Under the pieces are notes generated by a model that did no database searches, was not told where the DNA came from, and saw only the letters and a list, made by a program, of their open reading frames with translations. A stretch of 64,000 nucleotides of DNA from Acidobacteriota bacterium (GTDB taxonomy: Bacteria > Acidobacteriota > UBA6911): contig OY761556.1 in assembly GCA_963664705.1 (NCBI GenBank), positions 736,001 to 800,000 of the forward strand, read 5' to 3'. Below, in pieces: positions 21,339 through 30,079 of the stretch. Positions within the stretch are counted from its first letter, which is position 1; the number at the start of each line of letters is the position of its first letter. The position numbers and the translations under genes are program-made.

Positions 21339-21367
21339 AGGATAGAACCCTCTTGAATGTCTGTCAA
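21339..21367 (-). promoter_or_regulatory. Sigma70 promoter for the small Cys protein
   Basis: TTGACA (21367-21362), 17 bp, TATCCT (21344-21339). Confidence 0.6.
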
Positions 21368-21544
21368 TGAAACGACATATCATAATGTCTGTAATAATTT
21401 GATAAATATAATGATAATATGTAGATAGTCTTATAAGCGGCTGGCATTGTCTGCCAGGAAAGGGAGGGGAAGAAGAAGCGTTGGCTGCGTGAGTTCCGCG
21501 GCATTTTCATTGCCCTTCGGGCAATTTGGTGTATATTTGGTGCT

Positions 21545-21666
21545 GTGTTCTTCGGGGCGAGGTGGAATTCCTCGACCGGCGGTGACAGCCCGCGAGCTTT
21601 GGTTAACGAAGCAGAACCTGTGCAATTCAGGTGCCGACGGCAACAGTCCGGATGGTAGAAGGATCG
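21545..21666 (+). ncRNA. FMN riboswitch (RFN element)
   Basis: TTCGGGGCGAGGTGGAATTCCTCGACCGGCGGTGACAGCCCGCGAGC...GCCGACGG..AGTCCGGATGGTAGAAG. P1 is GTTCTTC/GAAGGAT. Lies upstream of ribBA. Confidence 0.95.
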
Positions 21667-21693
21667 ACGACTTAATAGGATAGTCCCTCCATC

Positions 21694-21719
21694 GCCCCGT
21701 TATCCGTGCGGGGTTTTTT
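21694..21719 (+). terminator. Riboswitch-controlled intrinsic terminator
   Basis: GCCCCGT-loop-GCGGGGT followed by TTTTT. Its 5' arm TCGCCCCG is complementary to aptamer CGGGGCGA (antiterminator). Confidence 0.85.
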
Positions 21720-21805
21720 CATGCCTGAACAATCCTGCACATTTTTGCAACCATTCTTTTGAGCTCGCGCCACAAGGCATAAGGGCCGGGATCTGCAACC
21801 AGCGG

Positions 21806-23047
21806 ATGATATCTATGAGTGAAGAAGATCTGAGATTTGACTCGATTCCAGAGGCGATTGAAGAGATCAGGCAAGGCAAATGCGTTATTGTGGTGGACGA
21901 TGAGGATCGCGAAAATGAAGGCGACCTGATCATGGCGGCGGAAACCACGACTCCCGAGATGGTCAATTTTTTTGCTATGCACGGACGCGGGCTGATCTGC
22001 GTTCCGATGACGGAGGAAAATCTCCAACGTCTCGATCTCGATCAGATGGTACCCAAGAACACGGCTCGCCTGGGAACGCGTTTCACGGTATCGGTGGATG
22101 CGTTTGAGGGCACCACGACCGGCATATCCGCGTTCGATCGTGCGCGGACGATTCAGGTGCTGGCGGATCCGAACAGCAAACCGGGAGACTTGGGACGCCC
22201 CGGGCATATATTCCCGCTGAAGGCTCTTAAGGGAGGAGTGCTTACAAGGGCTGGGCATACGGAAGCCTCGGTCGACCTGGCGCGCCTGGCTGGATTGAGG
22301 CCGGCGGGCGTTCTATGCGAAATCATGGATGATGATGGCTCCATGGCCAGAGTCCCGCGTCTCATGCGGATGGCGAAGCAATTCAACCTCAAATTCGTAA
22401 CGGTACGATCGCTGATTGAATACCGAAGACGCACGGAAAAGCTCATCCAAAAGATCACCACCGTGCAATTGCCCACGCAGTACGGTGACTTCAAGCTGCA
22501 TCTCTATCAGTCCGAAGTCGACGACCACCATCACCTCGCCCTGGTGCGCGGAGATGTGGCTGCAAAGGAAAACGTCATGGTTCGGGTCCACTCCAGCTGT
22601 TTGACCGGAGATGTGCTTGGTTCGCTTCGCTGCGATTGCGGCTCTCAGCTTCATGAAGCCATGAAGCGGATAGCCCAGGAAGGACTCGGCGTTGTGGTGT
22701 ATATGCGGCAGGAAGGGCGCGGAATCGGGCTAGCCAATAAGCTTCTTGCTTACAAGCTGCAGGATGAAGGGATGGATACGGTTGAGGCCAACAATGAGCT
22801 CGGCTTCGAAGCGGATTTGCGTGATTACGGCGTCGGGGCGCAAATCCTGGCGGACCTCGGGCTGACGTCGATTCGCCTTCTGACCAATAATCCCCGCAAA
22901 GTTGTAGGCCTGAGCGGATACGGACTGGTAATTACGCAACGCCTGCCGATAGAAGTTCCTGCCTCTGAGCATGCAGTCCGTTATCTCGAAACCAAACGCG
23001 ATAAACTGGGGCATCTCCTCAACCTGAATCCCATCCAGGAGCAATAA
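21806..23047 (+). CDS. ribBA: Bifunctional DHBP synthase/GTP cyclohydrolase II
   Basis: [52 protein letters not shown] and LLTNNP motifs. Confidence 0.97.
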   Translation: MISMSEEDLRFDSIPEAIEEIRQGKCVIVVDDEDRENEGDLIMAAETTTPEMVNFFAMHGRGLICVPMTEENLQRLDLDQMVPKNTARLGTRFTVSVDAFEGTTTGISAFDRARTIQVLADPNSKPGDLGRPGHIFPLKALKGGVLTRAGHTEASVDLARLAGLRPAGVLCEIMDDDGSMARVPRLMRMAKQFNLKFVTVRSLIEYRRRTEKLIQKITTVQLPTQYGDFKLHLYQSEVDDHHHLALVRGDVAAKENVMVRVHSSCLTGDVLGSLRCDCGSQLHEAMKRIAQEGLGVVVYMRQEGRGIGLANKLLAYKLQDEGMDTVEANNELGFEADLRDYGVGAQILADLGLTSIRLLTNNPRKVVGLSGYGLVITQRLPIEVPASEHAVRYLETKRDKLGHLLNLNPIQEQ

Positions 23048-23072
23048 CAAAACCGCAGAACATTCGGTACAC

Positions 23073-23108
23073 AAGGCCTGAAACGATGGTTTCAGGCCTT
23101 TTGTATTT
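23073..23108 (+). terminator. Intrinsic terminator after ribBA
   Basis: 12-bp stem AAGGCCTGAAAC/GTTTCAGGCCTT followed by TTGTATTT. Confidence 0.8.
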
Positions 23109-23148
23109 GGCATTGACACGTGAAAAGCTAGATGCTAATTATTTGCAT

Positions 23149-23718
23149 GTGAGAAATATTTCCAACAACGGAATACCGGACGATCAGGAGGTGCGGAGCT
23201 ACTTCCTGGAGCAATGTCGGTCCCGTGGTATTCGGGTTACCACCCAGCGCCTGGCGGTTTTTCAAGCGCTGGCACAGACCGCCGATCACCCGACCGCGGA
23301 TTCCTTATATGCGCGGCTGCGAAAATCGATGCCGGCGCTGTCCCTCTCCACCGTATACCGAATTCTGGAATCTTTGGAAGGCGAGGGATTGATCCGTCGC
23401 GTGATTTCTACCAATGGCATTGTCCGATATGACGGCAACCATCGCCCGCATCAACACCTTGTATGTCGCGTTTGCGGACGCATAATTGATATTACGGATG
23501 CATCCCTGTCGGAACTGCAGATGCCCCGAGTCGATCTTGCGGGATTTGTGGCGGAAGAGCTTGAAATAAGAATTGTCGGAACGTGCACAGACTGCCTTTC
23601 GGCGCTGAAGTCACTGAGTCAAACAGGTCGTCAAAAAGGAAAACTTCCGGGAGGTAATCGATCTCCCGCAAAAAGGAGAAAAGGGAATGGCCGAATTGAA
23701 AGGTTCGAAAACACATGA
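23149..23718 (+). CDS. Fur/PerR family transcriptional regulator
   Basis: RVTTQR, HPTAD, SLSTVYRIL, HQHLVCRVCG and GTCTDC motifs. The track ATG at 23086 falls inside the terminator loop, so GTG 23149 is proposed (start uncertain). Confidence 0.88.
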   Translation: MRNISNNGIPDDQEVRSYFLEQCRSRGIRVTTQRLAVFQALAQTADHPTADSLYARLRKSMPALSLSTVYRILESLEGEGLIRRVISTNGIVRYDGNHRPHQHLVCRVCGRIIDITDASLSELQMPRVDLAGFVAEELEIRIVGTCTDCLSALKSLSQTGRQKGKLPGGNRSPAKRRKGNGRIERFENT

Positions 23719-24106
23719 AAATCTCAAAGCCGCATTTGCCGGTGAATCCCAGGCAAATCGCAGATATCTATATTTTGCCAAAATAGCGGATGTGGAAGGT
23801 TATCCTGAGATCGCCGGCAACTTCCGTGAAACTGCGGAAGGGGAAACCGGCCATGCACATGGTCACCTGGATTATCTGAAGAAGGTGGGCGATCCTGCAA
23901 CGGACCTGCCCTTTGGTGATACAGTGGATAACCTCAAATCGGCGGTGGCCGGAGAGACGCATGAATACACCGACATGTATCCGGGGATGGCCAAAGCGGC
24001 AAGGCAGGAAGGGTTTGCTGAAATTGCGGACTGGTTTGAAACGCTGGCCAAAGCGGAGAAGTCGCATGCCGGGCGATTTGCGCAGATGCTGAAATCCATC
24101 AGCTAG
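23687..24106 (+). CDS. Short rubrerythrin (no rubredoxin domain)
   Basis: LKAAFAGESQANRRY, ETGHAHGH, GETHEYTDMYP and AEKSHA diiron motifs. Confidence 0.95.
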   Translation: MAELKGSKTHENLKAAFAGESQANRRYLYFAKIADVEGYPEIAGNFRETAEGETGHAHGHLDYLKKVGDPATDLPFGDTVDNLKSAVAGETHEYTDMYPGMAKAARQEGFAEIADWFETLAKAEKSHAGRFAQMLKSIS

Positions 24107-24120
24107 TAAAAATCAGATGA

Positions 24121-24154
24121 TTTGATCCGGGGGGGGATGCCCCCCTGGATCAAA
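24121..24154 (+). other. Strong intercistronic hairpin after rubrerythrin
   Basis: TTTGATCC-G-run/C-run-TGGATCAAA. Confidence 0.65.
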
Positions 24155-24216
24155 CATACTCTTGTTCGGCTCCGTGGGATTCCCGGCGGTGCCGGCAAAT
24201 TCGGGATATTCGCGCC

Positions 24217-25557
24217 ATGAACGATACAGAGAAAACCATTTCCTATCAGCCTACCGAGGGTCTGTCCTACGATCCCGCCGAGGATAGATACTGGAACCAG
24301 GGACTTCTTGACAAAGAGATACAGCGGATTTTCGAGATTTGTCACGGATGCCGCCTCTGCTTCAAATACTGCGATACTTTTCCGAATCTGTTTTCCCTGT
24401 TGGATCAGAAGCATGACGGTAACGTACGGAAAATATCGGCGGATGAGACAGGGCAGATTCTGGATACCTGTTTCCAGTGCAAGCTCTGCGAAGTGAATTG
24501 TCCTTATACGCCGCGGGATCATCACGCCTATATGCTTGATTTCCCCAAGATGGTGAGCCGCTTCCGCGCGATCAGGGTCCAGCAGCACGGTATGTCGCTG
24601 AAAGACCGGTTTCTCGCCGACCCTGATACAAGCGCAAAGCTGGCAAGAGCCAGCCTGGGCCTGGCAAATATTGCGAATCGGATGCGGCCCCACCGGATCT
24701 TCATGGAGAAAGCGCTGGGAATTCACCGGGACAAGCTTCTTCCGGATTTTGCGAGCCAGACCTTCGAGAACTGGGCTGAGAAGACGGGACGAGTTGTGAT
24801 CTCTCCCGGTTGCGAGGCGGTGCTTTTCCAGACATGCTTCGTCCAAAATAACGACCCGGAACTCGGAAAAGATACGATTTCGGTTTTCGAAAAAAATCAG
24901 GTAGATATCAAATGCGTGAAAGGCCTGTGCTGCTGTGGAATGCCGGCCTGGGAAAAAGGGGATTTGAAATCGCTGCGGGCGCAGGCAAAGCAGAATCTCG
25001 AGATTCTGTTTCCCTTTGTCGAGAAAGGCGCCAAGGTAATAGTCATCAACCCGACCTGTTCGATGATGTTCCGACGTGAATACCTGGAACTTGTGTCGCC
25101 GGAAGACAGGGAGATGGCCGGAAAGGTCGCGCAGGCAACCATGGATCCCAGCGAGTTTTTATGGAGCATCCGTGAAGAATCTCGATTCTGCGCGGATTTC
25201 AAGAGCACTCCGGAAGGCCCCGTGGCCTATCATGCTCCATGCCATCTTCGAGCGCAGGCCATCGGTTTCCGCGGCCGGGACCTGCTGCGCAAAATCCCGG
25301 GAGTGAAACCCGTTCTGGTTCAGGAATGCTGCGGCCACAACGGAACATTTGCGATGACGGTGGAGGGGTTTGAACCTTCCAGCCGGATTGGCAAAAAGGC
25401 GTTTGATGCCATGCGCGAGGCGAACGCGGCTCTCTGGTCGACCGACTGTCCATTGGCGTCCATTCAGTTCCAACAGCATGCAGGTGTCAAACCGATGCAC
25501 CCGATGTCGATTCTGGCAAAGGCCTATCGCCAGGACGGCTTTGACAAAAAACTGTAA
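24217..25557 (+). CDS. Rubrerythrin-associated Fe-S oxidoreductase (GlpC/HdrD-like, CCG domains)
   Basis: CHGCRLCFKYC, CFQCKLCEVNCPY, CCGMP, HAPCH and CCGHNG motifs. Confidence 0.9.
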   Translation: MNDTEKTISYQPTEGLSYDPAEDRYWNQGLLDKEIQRIFEICHGCRLCFKYCDTFPNLFSLLDQKHDGNVRKISADETGQILDTCFQCKLCEVNCPYTPRDHHAYMLDFPKMVSRFRAIRVQQHGMSLKDRFLADPDTSAKLARASLGLANIANRMRPHRIFMEKALGIHRDKLLPDFASQTFENWAEKTGRVVISPGCEAVLFQTCFVQNNDPELGKDTISVFEKNQVDIKCVKGLCCCGMPAWEKGDLKSLRAQAKQNLEILFPFVEKGAKVIVINPTCSMMFRREYLELVSPEDREMAGKVAQATMDPSEFLWSIREESRFCADFKSTPEGPVAYHAPCHLRAQAIGFRGRDLLRKIPGVKPVLVQECCGHNGTFAMTVEGFEPSSRIGKKAFDAMREANAALWSTDCPLASIQFQQHAGVKPMHPMSILAKAYRQDGFDKKL

Positions 25558-25578
25558 CGATAAAGGGTTTGCCACAAT

Positions 25579-26136
25579 ATGAGAGCCGTGAACAGAAGTG
25601 AAATCCTCGATTATGTCAGTTACGAGGAGAATCGGGCCGACATCCAAAAAAAGGTATTTCCAGCCAAAGCCCGCAGGCGGATACACCTGGGGGAGCACTT
25701 TACCTTTCTTTTTGAGAATGCTTTGACCATCCGTTACCAGATCCAGGAGATGATGCGGGCCGAAAAGATTGTACGGGAGAAGGATATTCAGCACGAACTG
25801 GACACCTACAACGATGTTTTGGGTGGCGACGGCGAGATCGGATGTTGTCTGATGATCGAAGTCGAAGATCCGCAGCAAAGAAATCTGAAGCTCCGGGAGT
25901 GGCTGGATCTGCCAAAGCATCTGTTCGCTGAACTGCCGGATGGAACGAAGGCATATGCCCGTTTCGATCCCGCGCAGGTCGGTGTCGATCGCCTTTCCTC
26001 GGTTCAATATCTGAAGTTTCCGGTTGGCGGGAAAGCACCGGTTGCTCTTGGTAGCGACTTGCCGGGATGCGAAACCAGGGGAGTGTTGACCGAGGATCAG
26101 AGAATCGCACTTCAGGAAGATCTTTTGGAAAAGTAA
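25579..26136 (+). CDS. DUF3501 family protein
   Basis: FLFEN..TIRYQIQEMMRAE, ELDTYN and SSVQYLKF motifs. Canonical position after rubrerythrin and the FeS oxidoreductase. Confidence 0.88.
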   Translation: MRAVNRSEILDYVSYEENRADIQKKVFPAKARRRIHLGEHFTFLFENALTIRYQIQEMMRAEKIVREKDIQHELDTYNDVLGGDGEIGCCLMIEVEDPQQRNLKLREWLDLPKHLFAELPDGTKAYARFDPAQVGVDRLSSVQYLKFPVGGKAPVALGSDLPGCETRGVLTEDQRIALQEDLLEK

Positions 26137-26141
26137 GCTTC

Positions 26142-26185
26142 TCTGTGAAATTCGTGGCAGTGTTTCCCGCCACGAATTTCACAGA
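26142..26185. repeat. 17-bp perfect inverted repeat between convergent genes (bidirectional terminator or REP-like)
   Basis: TCTGTGAAATTCGTGGC ... GCCACGAATTTCACAGA. Confidence 0.8.
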
Positions 26186-26197
26186 TTCAATGAAAGA

Positions 26198-28225
26198 CTA
26201 GGCGTTGCCCAGTTTGCCTCTTGCTGCCATGGTGTCGGCCATTTTCTTCATGCCGTAACCTTCCAGGGTTTTCCTGGTCGGCCAGCCATGTTCTTTGTCC
26301 CAGCCTTCCAGTGCATAGTAATGATCTTTGAAATCATTGACCCCCTTTCGATCCATGAACATCTCGGGGGCCAGGTCGGAACGCCACTTGCCGTTTTCGT
26401 AGATCGGAACGCCGCCCCAGAAGGTCATGCCGGAGGCGCCGGGCTTGTACATAAATGGAGCGAGGTCTTCGGTCTGACGGCTTCTGCCATGCATGACGCG
26501 AATCGCGCGTTCCAAAGTCCAGATCTTCTGGCCGATCCGAATGGTATCGGCAAAAGAGTCCTTCTTCCCTGTAACCGCGGCATAGTACTTCATTTCGACA
26601 TCGGGGCTCAGCGTTTCAAGCGTAGGCAGGAACATTTCGCAGAAAGCCATCGATTCGTTCCAGAAGGAAGCATAATGGCGGCTCCAGGCAACTTCTTTGG
26701 CCTTATGCGGCGAATAGATCCCGGTTTTCCAGGCTTCTTCGCCCTTCCACGCGTAGTTGAACATGAAGATATCGTCGGTATAAGGGATGGTTTTCTTCGA
26801 CAGTTTGGTCAAAGATTCCTCGAGCGTACCCTCTCTGGGGGCCCCAACCGCGGTAACCAATCCGTGCCAGCTTGGATCGCCTGCGCCGAGCATGTAGTTG
26901 TAGGCCCATTCGGCGCTGGGTAGCGTCCAGTGACCGGTGGCGCCCCATGCCGGGAAGCGCAAAGCTCCGCTTTCCAGATCCTTTTCCAGCCGTCCCCATT
27001 TCTGGGCGGCACGCATACAGCCCTCTGCCAGGATATCGCCAATGCCTGTGCGGCGCGAAATGGCATCCAGCATGGCTTCTCTGAATGACAGCTCACCCCA
27101 CTGATCGAGCGGCAGTGGAGCCGAATCGATTCGTTTGCCGGGGCCGAGATCGCCGATCTCATAGAGGTACCGGAGGTACCATCCGATTCCGGTTTCCACC
27201 GGCACCTGCTTGTGGAAAAATTCTGGCGCGCCTGGGATATCGGAAACAAACAGGCCGAGGAAGTGAGCGGACCAGCCGCTGGCTCCATACCGCATCAGGG
27301 CTTGGGCTGCCAAATCCTTGGCGGTATCGCCGCGATCGCTGAGCCAATGCTGATCGACGCACATGGTTTCGCCGGCGTTATAGGAATTCCTGCGCCGATC
27401 GGCCCGGAGGCACGGGTTGCAGGAAGCGGATCCGGCGCCGGCAGGCGCGAAGCTCCCGGTGACAAGCCCGCCGCCTGTCATCTGCCACAGCCTTGCGTCC
27501 AGGATAGCCTTGGGATTGGCAACCCGAACGTTGCCGCTGCCTGTTACGCTGATGGCCTTGAGGTTCTTGGCGCCAAAGACCGCGCCATAGCCGCCGATGC
27601 GTGCGCTGACTCCGCTGCCATGAATAAGAGAGGCCAGCCTCGATTTCGCTTCGCCCACTGGACCGATGCAGACAATCTGCGGTATGCCGGTGGTATAGGA
27701 TTCGCCGAGCTTCTGCCATTCTTCGCCATAACGTGTTCTGCCGCCGACCATGGATGCGATCCGGGTCTGTGTTTCCCAGGTGTCCATGCCCCAAAGCTCT
27801 TTGGCATCTTCAATTTTAACCTGGTCATTGATGATGTTGATCCAAACCGGTTTTTCGGCTTTGCCTTCCACGACCACGCCGTCCCAGCCGGCTTGCTTCA
27901 TCATCGTGCCGAAACGGCCCCCGAAGTTGCCTCGCCAGAACTCGCAGGTTGGAAACGTTTCCGGAGAAATGCCGCAGATGTTGGTTCTGCCGGCTCCTGG
28001 AACGCCTGTAGCTGCCAGCGGGCCCGCCATGATGGGAAGAACATGTCGCGGGTCATAGGGATCCTTCAAATCCCAGTCGCCGGGAGCGACCGCAAGATCC
28101 CAGAAGATGGCGGCGCCCATGCCATAGCCGCCACCGAATTCCTCATATTTAGCGGTATCGATCGTGCTGGTTTGTTTCGTCGTCAGATTGACTCGCAGTA
28201 TCTTTCCTGTAAATCCGTTAGCCAT
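26198..28225 (-). CDS. Aldehyde:ferredoxin oxidoreductase family (W-pterin) catalytic subunit, divergent
   Basis: GFTGKILRVNL, GGRFG..MKQAGWD..VEGKAEKPV, CIGPVGE, GAVFGAKNLKAI, LAEG and YYALEGWD..GWPT motifs. Confidence 0.88.
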   Translation of the reverse strand: MANGFTGKILRVNLTTKQTSTIDTAKYEEFGGGYGMGAAIFWDLAVAPGDWDLKDPYDPRHVLPIMAGPLAATGVPGAGRTNICGISPETFPTCEFWRGNFGGRFGTMMKQAGWDGVVVEGKAEKPVWINIINDQVKIEDAKELWGMDTWETQTRIASMVGGRTRYGEEWQKLGESYTTGIPQIVCIGPVGEAKSRLASLIHGSGVSARIGGYGAVFGAKNLKAISVTGSGNVRVANPKAILDARLWQMTGGGLVTGSFAPAGAGSASCNPCLRADRRRNSYNAGETMCVDQHWLSDRGDTAKDLAAQALMRYGASGWSAHFLGLFVSDIPGAPEFFHKQVPVETGIGWYLRYLYEIGDLGPGKRIDSAPLPLDQWGELSFREAMLDAISRRTGIGDILAEGCMRAAQKWGRLEKDLESGALRFPAWGATGHWTLPSAEWAYNYMLGAGDPSWHGLVTAVGAPREGTLEESLTKLSKKTIPYTDDIFMFNYAWKGEEAWKTGIYSPHKAKEVAWSRHYASFWNESMAFCEMFLPTLETLSPDVEMKYYAAVTGKKDSFADTIRIGQKIWTLERAIRVMHGRSRQTEDLAPFMYKPGASGMTFWGGVPIYENGKWRSDLAPEMFMDRKGVNDFKDHYYALEGWDKEHGWPTRKTLEGYGMKKMADTMAARGKLGNA

Positions 28226-28240
28226 CTTTCTTCTCCTTCC

Positions 28241-28978
28241 CTATGATTTCGGCGCCGGTTTGGCGCTTGGCGTTCCTGGCTTGCGTGCCGGCATCTTTGG
28301 ACGCGGCGGCTCGAGATTAACGTCGTACCCGGATACGTCCTCTTGCGGAGGCGCTTCATGCACCAGCTTGAGAGCCTTGGACGGGCAGATCGTAACGCAT
28401 GCCGGTTCTCCGTTGGGACCGCCCTTTTTGCTCCAGTTGGGCGCATCAATGCACAGGTCGCATTTGGAGGATTTGTTTTTGTACGGATTCCAGACAGTCC
28501 GATGCGGTCGCTGCGGGCAGGATTGGATACACATCTTGCAGCCCACGCACTTTTCCTGGTCGATCACACGGACATTGCCGTGTTCCGCATCCACGTGCGC
28601 CGCTCCAGTAGGACAATTCTGAACGCAGAGCGGTGAAACGCACTGCCGGCAGGGAGCCATTACAACATCGAACGGATATTTCGTAAACGATGGCGCATCC
28701 CGGATGATCTGGATGCGGGACAGGGTCGGATTTGCCTCTCCCTGGTGGCTGGTTGAACAGGCAAACATGCAGCTCTGACAGCCCCAACATAGACGGCTAT
28801 CGTAGACAATATATCCCGTGGATGCAGGATAGGATACCGATGCAGGCGAAGCTGCGGCCGCAGTTCCCGGAACGCTGACCGTCAGCGCTCCAGCCGCCAG
28901 AGCGGCCCCGCTGCCGACCAGAAATTCGCGCCGGAGTACCATCTTTTTCTTGCTTTCGGCTTTTTCGGATTCAGCCAT
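28241..28978 (-). CDS. Tat-exported 4x[4Fe-4S] subunit (DmsB/AorA-like)
   Basis: LRREFLVGSGAALAAG Tat signal. CWGCQSCMFAC, CRQC..LCVQNCP, CVGCKMCIQSCP and KCDLC..CVTICP. RBS AGGAG. Confidence 0.9.
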   Translation of the reverse strand: MAESEKAESKKKMVLRREFLVGSGAALAAGALTVSVPGTAAAASPASVSYPASTGYIVYDSRLCWGCQSCMFACSTSHQGEANPTLSRIQIIRDAPSFTKYPFDVVMAPCRQCVSPLCVQNCPTGAAHVDAEHGNVRVIDQEKCVGCKMCIQSCPQRPHRTVWNPYKNKSSKCDLCIDAPNWSKKGGPNGEPACVTICPSKALKLVHEAPPQEDVSGYDVNLEPPRPKMPARKPGTPSAKPAPKS

Positions 28979-29276
28979 AGAGCAGTCTCCTAATGAGTGA
29001 ATAAATACAATGGAGGTTTGGGTTACAGGACTCCAGGCTGCATTGACGCAGACACGTACGCCTAAGCCTTGAGCCGATAGATTAATTTGTCTGTTGTTAT
29101 GATGCCCGCGTGCGGCATAAACCACACTATTGCCAAAATTCTGTCCCTCTGTTTAAAAAAGAGACATATTAATACAAAAAATAACAAAATAAACCAAATT
29201 AGAACAGTGTGGCGGGTTGTTGGGGCGGGAAGGATAATAGCTCAATTGGCCTATGGTATTAGCCAAATGGCAAATT

Positions 29277-29318
29277 TCATGGGATTCGTGGCAAAAACCG
29301 AAGCCGCGAATCCCATGA
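29277..29318. repeat. 16-bp inverted repeat downstream of the cupin gene, same core as 26142-26185
   Basis: TCATGGGATTCGTGGC ... GCCGCGAATCCCATGA. Confidence 0.7.
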
Positions 29319-29328
29319 TGTTCCGGAC

Positions 29329-29919
29329 CTATTTCTTTTTGGATCGAATAGACATTTCTTCTGAAACCCTGGCATCAATGAACACCAGCGGTTTGCCGAC
29401 GCGCTTGATGACCAACGGGCAGTGGGGAGTATTTGCGGGAATGAAGAAATAGCAGGGATAATTGATCTTTCGAACCTTGTCTCCCAGCAGCATTTCGCAG
29501 TCCGCATCAAATTCGAGGAAATTTTTCGAATTTCCGCCGATCAGGAATATCCATTGATCGTGAGGGTGGGAATGAGTGTCGCCGCCCAACGTGTCCGGCG
29601 TGGTGATGTAGGCGAATCCTACCGCAAGGTTGGATTCAGGAATATCCTTAGCGCCCCAGGATGTGATCATCGGGGAGGTGATCGTTTTGTGAATGGACCT
29701 CCACGGCTTGAATTCGACAACGCCGGGTTCGCGGACGACATTCTCCAGCTTGCTCATGTCCATCTTGTCGTTGTAAGTAGGCTTTTGAGGGCTGGCAACA
29801 GCTGCCGAATTCAGCGTGGACAGCACGCTGGCAAATGCCATACCGGCTGCGCCTGCGGAAACGTTTTGAAAGAAATCCCTGCGGCTCGAGTTTTTCTTGT
29901 CGAACTCATCAAAATTCAT
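29329..29919 (-). CDS. Tat-exported cupin-fold protein
   Basis: SRRDFF Tat motif. Cupin-type metal motifs HSHPHDQ and FIPANTPHCP. RBS GGGAGG. Confidence 0.8.
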   Translation of the reverse strand: MNFDEFDKKNSSRRDFFQNVSAGAAGMAFASVLSTLNSAAVASPQKPTYNDKMDMSKLENVVREPGVVEFKPWRSIHKTITSPMITSWGAKDIPESNLAVGFAYITTPDTLGGDTHSHPHDQWIFLIGGNSKNFLEFDADCEMLLGDKVRKINYPCYFFIPANTPHCPLVIKRVGKPLVFIDARVSEEMSIRSKKK

Positions 29920-30079
29920 TGGTTCCTCCCTTTACGAGAATGTTATGAGGTGCTTGCGTATACAGAACCGAATCGCAAAATCCTACCCGGTTCTCAGCTT
30001 TATGCCATGATTGGGGACGATATTGCACCTAAAATCGGGGAAGCCACAATAGATTCCGGATCTCATGTTTTAGTTTCGG

